Source: Eledone cirrhosa (taxonomy: Eukaryota). Taken from it: a stretch of DNA of 64,000 nucleotides. The stretch lies in contig OZ024743.1 of NCBI GenBank assembly GCA_964016885.1, forward strand, positions 312,294,001-312,358,000. Reading direction: 5' to 3'. The notes under the pieces are model-generated. The model saw only the letters and a program-made list of their open reading frames with translations. It searched no databases and was not told where the DNA came from. The translations under genes and the position numbers were made by a program. Shown piece by piece: positions 14,536 through 24,629 of the stretch (position 1 is its first letter; each line of letters opens with the position of its first letter).

Positions 14536-14929
14536 ATATATTTTGATTATGTGAATGTCTTCATTTATTAATATTCTGAATAATATTAATAACTCCAGAA
14601 AACTTCTTTGTAGAGTGCTTTTAATATATTGTAACACTATATTCATTGAGTAATCAATGAACCATATTAATCTTTGGTTATATATATATATATATATATA
14701 TTTATTAAAATAACAGATTAAAGTTTAAGCAAAGAATCGCTGCTTTCACCCTTAACGGGATCTTCTGAAACTAACAAAGTCAATCTGTAAACGCAGAACT
14801 GGATATTTCAAAAAACGTTGCAACCGGAGGAAGACAGGAAGGCGATACTTTGGTTCGTGGGAACGTTCGCTGGCAAAGAACGGGAAAAAACGAATAATAC
14901 GTCATTAATAGGAGCGGTGAAAAACAATT

Positions 14930-16014
14930 ATGGTCTTTTAACCATGACTAAGTGCGGACCTCGTGCTTGCGACAGGTTCAGAAAAGAACTCACAGCCTTC
15001 TTTAAAGGCTTCAATCTCTCTATACAGGTTGAGGCCAATCTCTCGGTCGTTAATTACCTCGACGTTACCCTCAATTTATTGAATGGGTTGTATTACCCGT
15101 ATAGAAAGCCGAATGATACGCTTAATTACATAAGTAAGCATTCCAACCATCCTGCCAGCATAACCAAGAACCTGGTAAAAAACGTTTCGTTGAGGCTTTC
15201 CCGTCTTTCCACCAACGAGCGCATTTTCAACGACCATTCCACTTATTACAATGAAGCTCTTGCTCGAAGTGGATTTGTCGATAAGGTAGCATATACAGAG
15301 TACGAAAATAGACCTAGAAGAAATAGATCCCGTCGCATTTGTTGGTTTAACCCACCATATAATATGGAGGTGGCCACACCATTAGCTAAGATCTTTCTTT
15401 CCCTTATTACGAAGCATTTTCCCCCTACACATAAATATAGTAAAATTTTTAATAGAAATACTATTAAAATTTCTTACTCTACGACTCCTAACCTTGCACA
15501 TAACATCACAGCTTCAAATTTAGCTAAACTACCTTGCCGTAGGAACACGTGCAACCCTGTAGTTAGTACTAACTGTAATTGTAGGAATCGGGCTGATTGT
15601 CCCCTATCCGGGAAATGCCTCTCTAGTAACATTGTCTACAAATGTAAGGTTGTAACACCCACGTCCCGTAGGGCCTACATAGGGTTAACCGCCAATAGTT
15701 TTAAGCAGCGTCTTTACATGCATACCCATTCTTTTCGTTACCCTCTAAGAAGGAATATGACGTCACTTTCAGCTTATATCTGGAGTCTAAAAGACAACCA
15801 CACCCAATATAAGTTACACTGGGAGATCCTAGCTAGGGCTAGATCGTATAACGGAAATAAAAGACCATGTGACCTCTGCGCCGCTGAGGCCCTGGAAATA
15901 CTCTACGCCACAGACCACATCTTAAACAAAAAATCTGAGGCAATTTCGGCTTGTAAACATAAATTGCACAAAACTTTCCTGTACTACAGCCCCACGTTAT
16001 ACCCTAACGGATAG
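14930..16014 (+). CDS. PLE ORF 3' part: RT thumb + GIY-YIG endonuclease
   Basis: VNYLDVTLNL, YRKPNDTLNYISKHSNHP, RRICWFNPPY, CNCRNRADCPLSGKC, NIVYKC...AYIGLT..FKQRLYMH, CDLCAAE...CKH. The first ~37 codons of track ORF 14818 come from the inverted pLTR. Confidence 0.85.
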
Positions 16015-16926
16015 CACGATCTATACGTGGATATTTTACGTCTTGATGTGGGAGCTAAGTATATGTTTTGTTTATTCCTTTACTTATTTGCATAGGTAAG
16101 TATATATTACCCGTATGTTTTGTGAAGGTATGTATACCTTCTCGTACGTATATTTGACTGTTATGGCGTATAATTTTTACATATTCTGGTATTTAGGGTT
16201 TGGTAATGTGTATACGGGAGTTTTGCGTCTGCGTGAGTATGCAGGTTCGTACGTATGGTGGGTGTGTGTATATGTGTACTTCTTGTTTTAGTTGACTTAC
16301 GTCTCCGAACATTCGTGTATTTATTTGTAGGTATGTGTGTGCGCTTGTTATATACGTATTTATTTACTTATATACGTTTATATAATTATTTATTTATTTG
16401 TACACAAGCATACACACACACACATATTTATATGTGCGTGGTTTTGTATACCTATGGTAAGGTTTTGCGTATGCTTGTGTATGTACGTATCTGTTTGCGT
16501 GTATGTATTTATTTGTTTCTATTACTGCTGTATTGTATTTATTTACTTTGTTCTTAACTCTGTAGCGGAGATTCATTTGGTCTCCTAGTTAGAATTTTAG
16601 TCTACAACTTCTGCTATACCATTTACGTGGTTTTGTCTTTGCGTGCTATTGTTCTCCACACTCCACATATGACTTATTATCTTCGTTTTTTCGTTCATTG
16701 CCAGAGAACGTCTCTATGAACCACCTAAGAGAACATTAGTCTACGACCTCTTTTATACCATAAACGTGGTTCTGTCTTTGCGCGTAATTGTTTTTCACCG
16801 CTCCTCTTAATGACGTATTATTCGTTTTTTTCCGTTCTTTGCCAGCGAACGTTACCACGAACCAAAGTATCGTCTTCCTGTCTTCCTCCGGTTGCAACGT
16901 TTTTTGAAATATCCAGTTCTGCGTTT

Positions 16927-17001
16927 ACAGATTGACTTTGTTAGTTTCAGAAGATCCCGTTAAGGGTGAAAGCAGCGATTCTTTGCTTAAACTTTAATCT
17001 G
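16927..17001 (+). ncRNA. Non-canonical type I hammerhead-like ribozyme (CAGAAGA core) in PLE pLTR
   Basis: AGTTT-CAGAAGA(16948)-TCCCGTTAAGGGT-GAAA-GCA..TGC-TT-AAACT: stems I, II and III all form, with distal stem I CAGATTGA/TTAATCTG. Also present at ~14714-14788 (-) and ~50237-50312 (+). Confidence 0.55.
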
Positions 17002-17099
17002 TTATTTTAATAAATATTTGCTCTTCGGTTCTTATATATTTGATATATATTTTCCTTATCGAGCCCTCTTTGAATTTTAGTCTTCAATTTTATTATTAT

Positions 17100-17154
<55 letters not shown>

Positions 17155-18239
17155 TATATATATACACACATCAAGCCAGAAACTATTCTGTATGAGTAAG
17201 ACATGGTCACCGGATCTGACTTGTCTCACAAGGGAACAACTTGTGAAACCCATGCTAGCATGGAAAATGGATTTTAAATGGTGATGATGATGATTCATGT
17301 ATATATTATATTATCATCATAATAAATTGTATTTAAAAGAGTCATTGTACCAATAAAAACACATACTGTTTGTCATGCATTTTCCCCTTTTCACGGAATT
17401 GCTGGTCTTTTAAAAACCTTTATTATTATTATTACTGCAGGCCACTTACGGTGGTTTGGCAGTATCAGTAGAACATCAGACACCATGCTTTGCAACATAG
17501 AGTTATGGCCCTTTACGTTCTGAGTTCAAATCCCGCTGAGGTTAGCTTTGCTTTTCATCCTTACGGGGGCAATAAAATAATTCTCGGTATCATTCTCAAC
17601 ATGAAATTTGTATTTCCTATTGTTTTAATATGTTTCAAATGAATATGGCCTACAAAACGGTTGGAAATTGGTGAAAAATCATTACATAATGGAGTTGTGA
17701 AACAAAAACTATACCTTAAACAATACTTAAACATTTTAAATATAAAAATGTTAAAATTTCATAAATATATTCTTCACTCATGAGAATTTCCAAACAGAGC
17801 TATCTAAACAATGTGTTGTTTATCTACCTCAGATTATATACAGGGTTTGGACTTTTGGTTATTTCTCAGACATAAGATAGGGGGCCAGCCTATATTTGGC
17901 CTATATTAGGCTTATTTTCAAGTATATATGGTGTATTTATTACAACATTATTTCTATCTATGGAGGTCCATAGCCAGAATTGTTAATCATCAGATAGCTT
18001 GTAATTTATATGGTCCTTTACATTCTGAGTTCAAATCACACTAAAGTCAACTTTGCTTTTCCTCCTTACGGGTTCAATAAAATAAAGTACAAGTAACACA
18101 CTTGGGTTGATTCAATCAACTTTTCGTTTCCCTCCAAATTGCCGTCCTTGCACCAAAAGTAGAAACAATTTATATCATTATTATTGTTAATTTATATTTT
18201 TATCAATTGATTGGTTTGCCATAGTCTGTCACCATTCAA

Positions 18240-19200
18240 TGTAAAGTAGTTGGTGATAGGAAGGGCATCCAGTCATAGAAAGCTTTCCAAATAAAGGGTT
18301 GGGAGGATCCTTTAGTCATGTCAAGGACATGACAACCTTCCTAGTGTTGGTGACCTACATGATAAACACACCCAGTACATGCTGTAAAATAGTTGGTGAT
18401 AGGAAGAGCATCCAGTCATTCAAAACTTTCCAAACGTGTTGGGAGGATCCCCTCTGCTATGTTAAGGACATAATAACCTCCCTAGTGTTGGTGATCTACA
18501 AGATGAAAGCAGCCAGTGCATGCTGTAAAATAGTTGGTTACAGGAAGGGCATCCAGCCATAGAAAACTTCCTTAGAAAGCGCTCTTATAACTCTTAACAT
18601 TCTGAAATGATATAGCAGAAAATACATAAAACTAGGATTGTCAATCAAACTCACAACCTCACGATTGCAAATACAATTCTCTAACCACAAGCCATGTGCT
18701 TTATTAATTCCCCAAAAACCAAGATTTTTGCGGTTTGAACAGTTAATTTAACCTGTATAAACTTACATGGATTGCCTATATTTACTTTTGAAATAAAGTT
18801 AAATATCACTTTGGTAATTGTTTATTCACATTTTTATGGCCCATCTTGTATATTGACTTTAATATTGGTGTTTCATTCTATTTCTCTATATAATTATGTT
18901 TTCCTTATGTCTATAGATGTAATTAATGTGTGTAATAATAGCACTGTTTTCAGTAGCATTCTGTTCATTATTACATAAATTTAATATGTATTTTGATTCA
19001 CATCTTCATATGTTGAGTGCACAGGGAGGTTGTCATGTTTTTCACACAACTGAAGGGTCCTCCCAACTCTTTGTTTGGAAGACTTTCTATGGCTGGATGT
19101 TCTTCCTATCACCAACCACTTTACATGTACTGGTGTGTTTATCGGGTAGATTACCAACACCAGGGAGGCTGTCATGTCCTTGACATGACTAAAGAGTCCT
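18240..19200. repeat. Degenerate ~140-150 bp tandem units with an inverted copy, related to RTE/SINE 3' regions
   Basis: GTTGGTGATAGGAAGGGCATCCAG..ATAGAAA recurs at ~18250, ~18392 and ~18532. Reverse-complement unit at ~19020-19200. Confidence 0.6.
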
Positions 19201-19821
19201 CCTATATATATATAAAATATAATATAATATAAATACCTTTTTCAAAATTAGATGATATTGTAATTAGGTGATATTGTAATGCCCTGTGGCACCACAAATC
19301 ATGTAATTAAGGCCACTCCACTACTCGCTGAATGATATCAAGAATAGTTTCCAGAGTTATAGCAAATTCCTTAGTACAAAGATGTTGATGTATGAACAAA
19401 ATTGATAAGATGATAATATTGATATTCACCCAGACCATAGGGTTTCGATTTAATGAAACTGTTAATTTTAGTTGTATTAGAATTGTTCATTTTACAATTG
19501 ATTGTAAAAATAATCCTGAACTCACTAAATCACCTATGTAGGTGTCACAACAAAAAGCACCCAGCCTACACTGTAAAGGAATTGTGCAGGTGTCACAACT
19601 AAAAGCACCCAGCCTACACTGTAAAGAGGTTATGTAGGTGTCATGACAAAAATTACCCTGTGCTCACTGTAAATTTGGTTGGCGTTAGGAAGGGCACCTA
19701 GCTGTAGAAACCAAAAGCAGTTCTGTATGATCAAGACATGGTTACCTGGCATTTCTCACAACAGGACTACTCATCTAATCGATGGTGGCGTGGAAAATGG
19801 ATGTTAAACGGTGATGATGAT

Positions 19822-19866
<45 letters not shown>

Positions 19867-20026
19867 CGAATTTGTTGTGGTAAGGAACCAGATGGACCAT
19901 AACGCACCAGAGTACTCAATACTTAGGGTAGTAGACTGGGTAATAGGAAAATGTATGACCCGACGGCAGAGCTCAATATATATATATATATATGCATATA
20001 TATATTATATATATGTATATATATAT

Positions 20027-20094
20027 ATCATCATCATCATCATCATTTTATGTCTGCTTTTCCCTGCTGACGTAGAATGATGATGATGATGATA
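20027..20094. repeat. Two RTE-type 3' tails fused back to back within (TA)n
   Basis: (ATC)n-ATTTTATGTCTGCTTTTCCCTGC | TGACGTAGAA-(TGA)n. Both halves match the RTE 3' end GGGAAAAGTGGACGTAAAA(TGA)n at 23164-23193. Confidence 0.7.
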
Positions 20095-20204
20095 TATATG
20101 TAATATATATTTATATTGTATGTAAAAGGTAAACAGAAATAACAACACAATCGGTACAGTATATGGAAGGGATATATTAGGTTAATGCTTGATATAGCAG
20201 GAAG

Positions 20205-20246
20205 AGGGTCTTAATGTTTCGGATGCTAGTCCTTCATCAGAAGAAA
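20205..20246 (-). ncRNA. Hammerhead-like motif (PLE pLTR fragment)
   Basis: Reverse strand CTGATGA-AGGA-CTAGCA-TCC-GAAA-CATTAAG. Confidence 0.5.
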
Positions 20247-20374
20247 GAATGAGAAATAAGATAGATTGAAGGGACGAGCGGGTTGGAATATAAAAAAAAA
20301 TGTCTTCAGATAAAAATAACAGGTCCATTGATGTTGACATCTTTTGCAAAACTGTTGGTGCTGGCGTTTTGTGT

Positions 20375-23193
20375 AACAGGTAGATCTGATGAGATAGCGG
20401 AGATTCTGGAGAGGAGGCATGTGGATGTGTGCTGTGTGCAAGAGGTGAGATGGAGAGGTGCATTTGCAAGACTAATCGCAGGCAAACATCGTAGTTATAA
20501 GCTCTTCTGGGTGGGTAATGATGATGGGTTAGGTGGGGTGGGCATATTACTGGCTGAGAGATGGATCAATAAGACAATAGAGGTAGTTAGTGATAGAATA
20601 ATTAAGTTTAGATTAGTTGTAGGCAAAAGACTACTGACAATTATCTCTGCCTATGGTTCCCAGGCAAGCCTAGCTAAAGAAGAGAAAGACTGCTTTTACG
20701 AGCAACTTTTACAAACAGCCTCAATGACAAAGGACAGAGACATCGTTATGCTAGCAGGGGACTTCAATGGTCATGTTGGACAGCTCCAGGATGGATACAC
20801 TGCGGTACATGGTGGGCATGGTTAGAAATGAAGGAGTGAGGCTTCTTGAATTTTGTGATGCAAATGCACTAACCATTTGCAACACTAACTTCCAGAAGCC
20901 TACCAACCACCTAATAACCTACAAACCAGGCAAGCCCATAAGCCAGATTGATTTCCTGCTAGTTAGACAGCAAGACAGACAGATGGTGTCAGATACTAAG
21001 GCATACCCCAGGGAAGAATGTACCCCACAGCATAGGTTAGTCTTCAGTGACATCTCAGTAAGCATAAGAAAGAATGAGACATACAGGAAGGTGTGGAAAA
21101 GAAAGGTCTGGAAGCTAAAAGACCTTTTATTAAAATATAAATTTAGCAAAGCCCTTCAAGACATGGATGACGAAAAAGAAGACGATTTAGAGTTGAATGA
21201 CATAGATGATAACTGGAATTTCTTGCATGATAACTTACTGCAGGCTACTGAAGAAACTTGTGGTTGGGGCAGAACTCCAACCAGACAGAGAGTGACCTGG
21301 TGGTGGAACAGCATGGTAGATAGGGCCATTAGAGACAAAGACTGGTATGGAAGGCTTGGAAAAATGGTGGGAGTAGGAAAGGATACACAGCCACTAAGAG
21401 AAAAGCTAGACGTCAGGTGTACTTAGCACGCAGGGAGGCTGAGAGTAGGAGGTTTTCCAATGTTCTGTGACCGGAAGATTAGAGATGTGCGGTGTTCCGC
21501 ATTGTAAGGCAGTGTGTCAGTGCAAATCAGGATGTTGTTGGAGATAAGTGTGTCCGGAATGATGCCGGTGTACTTAGTGTCATGAATGATCAAAAAAAGG
21601 AGGCTTGGAAATGTCACTATGAGAGACTGATGAATGTGGAAAACGAATGGGACAGAGAGAAATTACTCCCAGTAGACCCAACAGAGGGACCAGCTATTGA
21701 GATTGACGAATATAGGGTACAAGAGACAATTAAGGAAATGAAGAATGGTAAGGCTGCTGGACCGTCGGGGATAGTTGCTGAGATGCTGAAGGTATCAGGA
21801 GAAATACGCACTAAACTGGTTGCACGCATCATCAATCAAGCTATATATGGTGGTTTCATACCCAAACACTGGTGCAGCAGTATTCTCATAAATTGCTACA
21901 AAGGTAAAGGGGATGCTCTAGAGAGGAGCAATTATAGGGGCATAAAGCTGATGGATCAGGTTATGAAAGTGGCAGAGAGAATATTAGCGCAACTAATTAG
22001 AGAAAGGGTCAAATTAAATGAGATGCAGTTTGGTTTTGTGCCCTGGAAAAGTACAACAGATGCCCTCTTCTTAGTGAGGCAACTACAAGAGAAGTTCTTA
22101 GAGAAGAATAAGCCATTATACTTAGCTTTTGCTGACCTAGAGAAGGCCTTTAATAGGATACCCCGATCTGTCATCTGGTGGTCCCTAAGGAAACTAGGTG
22201 TAGAGGAATGGCTTGTGAGGACAGTGCAAGCTATGTACAGGGGTGCTGTCAGTAAAGTGATAATAGGCATGGAGTTTAGTGAGGAATTCCAGATACAAGT
22301 AGGAGTACATCAGTGTTCGGTCCTCAGCCCGCTCTTGTTCATTATAGTCCTCCAAGCCATAACAGAGGAGTTTAAGACTGGATGCCCTGTGGGAACTTCT
22401 CTACGTTGATGATCTGGTTCTTATAGCAGAATCAGTAGAGGAGCTAGAGAATAAATTCTGGCTATGGAAACAGCAGTTGAAATCAAGAGGACTGAGAGTG
22501 AACCTAGCTAAGACAAAAGTATTGATAAGTAGAAAAGAGGACAATACTCTGATTCCAGCAGGGAAATGGCCATGTTCGATATGTAGGAAAGGAACCGGCA
22601 TAAACTCCATAAAATGTACGCAATGCAGATCTTGGGTACACAAGAGATTTAGTGGGATAGCAGGCAAACTAACAGGTAGGGAGAAGTTTAGGGAGCTTCT
22701 TCTGTTGACAAAGAAGGGTTTCTTCCTGCGTACGAAAGGACGGTTATATGATGCCTGTGTGAGATGCGCGATGCTGCATGGTAGTGAGACATGGGCAGCA
22801 ACTGCAGAGGATATGCAATGACTGGATAGAAATGAAGCAAGTATGCTCCATTGGATGTGCAATGTCAATGTGCATGAACGACCAAGCATAGACGAGTTGA
22901 GAAAGAAACTGGGTATAAGAGGGATAAGTTGTGGTGTGCAGGAGAGAAGGCTGAGATGGTGTGGACATGTGATGCGCATGGAGAATGACTGCTGGGTAAA
23001 GAAGTGCCAAGAAATGCCAGTAGAAGTAAGACGCAGTAGAGGTAGACCACGAAAAACATGGACGGAGGTGGTGAGAGCAGACCTCAGATCGCTGAAACTC
23101 ACCGAGGAGATGACAAGTGGAAAGATGCTGTGCTGAATAGGACCCATCCAACCCTTGCAAGTAGGGAAAAGTGGACGTAAAATGATGATGATG
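20375..23193 (+). mobile_element. RTE-clade LINE, decayed (frameshifts, stops, internal deletion)
   Basis: APE (VDVCCVQEVRW, GDFNGHVG, QIDFLL, QHRLV), RT (NYRGIKL, QFGFVP, DLEKAFNRIP, GVHQCSVLSP), partial PHD, MLHGSETW, GRPRKTW, and (TGA)n tail. A deletion near 22675 joins SGIAGKLTG to EKFREL. Confidence 0.9.
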
Positions 23194-23307
23194 ATATATA
23201 TATGTATATATGACTGATTGAATACACATGTAGTTTTTCTCAAACAATGTTTTCCATTCCTTCATCTTTTCACTCTCTATCATTCTATTTCATCTTATAT
23301 TTTTCAT

Positions 23308-23347
23308 TCTATCTTCTGATGAAGGACTAGTGTCCAAAACGTAAATG
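23308..23347 (+). ncRNA. Decayed hammerhead-like motif, same family as 20205-20246
   Basis: TCATTCTATCTT-CTGATGA(23316)-AGGACTAGTGTCC-AAAA-CGT. CGAAA to CAAAA fits CpG decay. Confidence 0.4.
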
Positions 23348-23499
23348 TTGGTGTTGGTGGGAGTATTGATGGTGTTGGTGAGGGCAGTGGGGGGTGGGGT
23401 GATTGTAATGCTGATGATGATGGTGATGATTGGATAGAAAATAGCATAAAGTGTTTGAGACAAGAAATGAGCCAACTGCAGTCTTTAAAAAAGGTTCAT

Positions 23500-24580
23500 T
23501 AAAGAAAGAAAGAGTCACCAAAACACTCTAAAGAAAATATAAAGAAGAACACAAGAAGAGAGTTACTTGAAGTATTTGGGAGATCTCAACTGACATATGG
23601 AGTACAACCTTGATCTTCAAAAGAAATTGAAATAAAATAAAAATGGAAGCACACTGATTTAATTTCAAAGAAGCATGGTTAAAGAGGGTTTGGAGCAGAG
23701 TCAATTGTGATGAAGGAGAATACAATTTTGTATACATTAACATGGGAATATTACAAAATTTTGTCAAGACAAACCCTTATGAAACTTTATCTACGGACAA
23801 CACCTCCAGTATATCAGATATGTATGTTGAGCAGAAAATACAATATACATAAAGAAATTATTGTTTGTCAAACCAGTCAGAAGATATTATCAGGATCCAT
23901 GGTTGGAGTATGCAGACATTCTAAACCTGACTGTTAATGAGGCAAAAAAGTTAACAATCAATATCTGAGTTTGCCAAAAGGTCAATGAAACAAGCTTGTC
24001 TCAAGGACTTCCATGAAGTTGATGGAGGATCTCTCAGAACAGATGAGAATGTTGGAGGTCAGTTCAGATCTATTGTCAAGGAGTATCTCTCAGAACAGAA
24101 TATTGGGGGTCAGTTCAGATCTATTTTCAAGGAGGATCTCTTGGTACAGAACAGAATGTTGGAGGTCAGTTCACATCTATTTTCAAGGAGGATCTCTCAG
24201 AACAGAATATTGGGGGTCAGTTCAGATCTATTTTCAAGGAGTATCTCTTGGTACAGAACAGAATGTTGGAGGTCAGTTCAGATCTATTTTCAAGGAGGAT
24301 CTCTCAGAATGGAACGGAATGCTGGAGGTCATTTCAGATCTATTTTCAAGGAGGACTTCTCAGAACAGAATCCATACTTACCTAGAGAAACAAAATATAT
24401 TCCTAATGAACAGAAAAAGTGTTGGAGAAATTCAAGAGCAACAAAAGATCAGCTGTTAATTTACAAGAAACTACAAGAGAAGAAAAAATGGGTTTAGCAA
24501 TGGGATAGGTCGATTAAAAGAAAGTATGCGATTTGTTCCCCAACTCTTGAATTTTGAAGAAATCTTTGAAATGTAAATGT
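23500..24580 (+). mobile_element. Highly decayed R4/Dong-like RT remnant
   Basis: IPNEQKKCWRNSRATKDQLLI resembles the R4-type EQKGCRRGSRGTKDQLLID motif. The left boundary is uncertain. Confidence 0.5.
24024..24370. repeat. Minisatellite with 51/56-bp units
   Basis: GGTCA(G/T)TTCA at 24057, 24108, 24164, 24215, 24271, 24327 (spacings 51, 56, 51, 56, 56). Confidence 0.9.
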
Positions 24581-24629
24581 TTATGTATATGTATATATAT
24601 GTATATGTAAATGTATATGTATATATATA

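Larger units (their letters stand above)
14239..14586. repeat. Near-perfect foldback, 169-bp arms and 10-nt spacer, one hammerhead per arm
   Basis: 14239-14407 is the reverse complement of 14418-14586 with about 3 mismatches. Confidence 0.95.
14701..17014 (+). mobile_element. Penelope-like element (Naiad-like), 5'-truncated, with inverted pseudo-LTR at its 5' end
   Basis: 14701-14930 is the reverse complement of 16785-17014. The internal ORF has RT C-terminus and GIY-YIG endonuclease. About 140-bp tandem duplication in the 3' UTR (~16597-16865). (TA)n on the left. Confidence 0.9.

Noticed and set aside
14930-16014. Selenoprotein-type PLE
   Set aside because: No in-frame TGA in the visible ORF, and it ends at TAG.
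22401-23283. Long antisense ORFs over LINEs (also 9083-9592, 25661-26602, 40798-41195)
   Set aside because: Shadow frames of LINE coding sequence with no recognisable domains.
23985-24497. 170-aa and 148-aa repetitive ORFs
   Set aside because: Products of the 51/56-bp minisatellite; the unit lengths shift frame.
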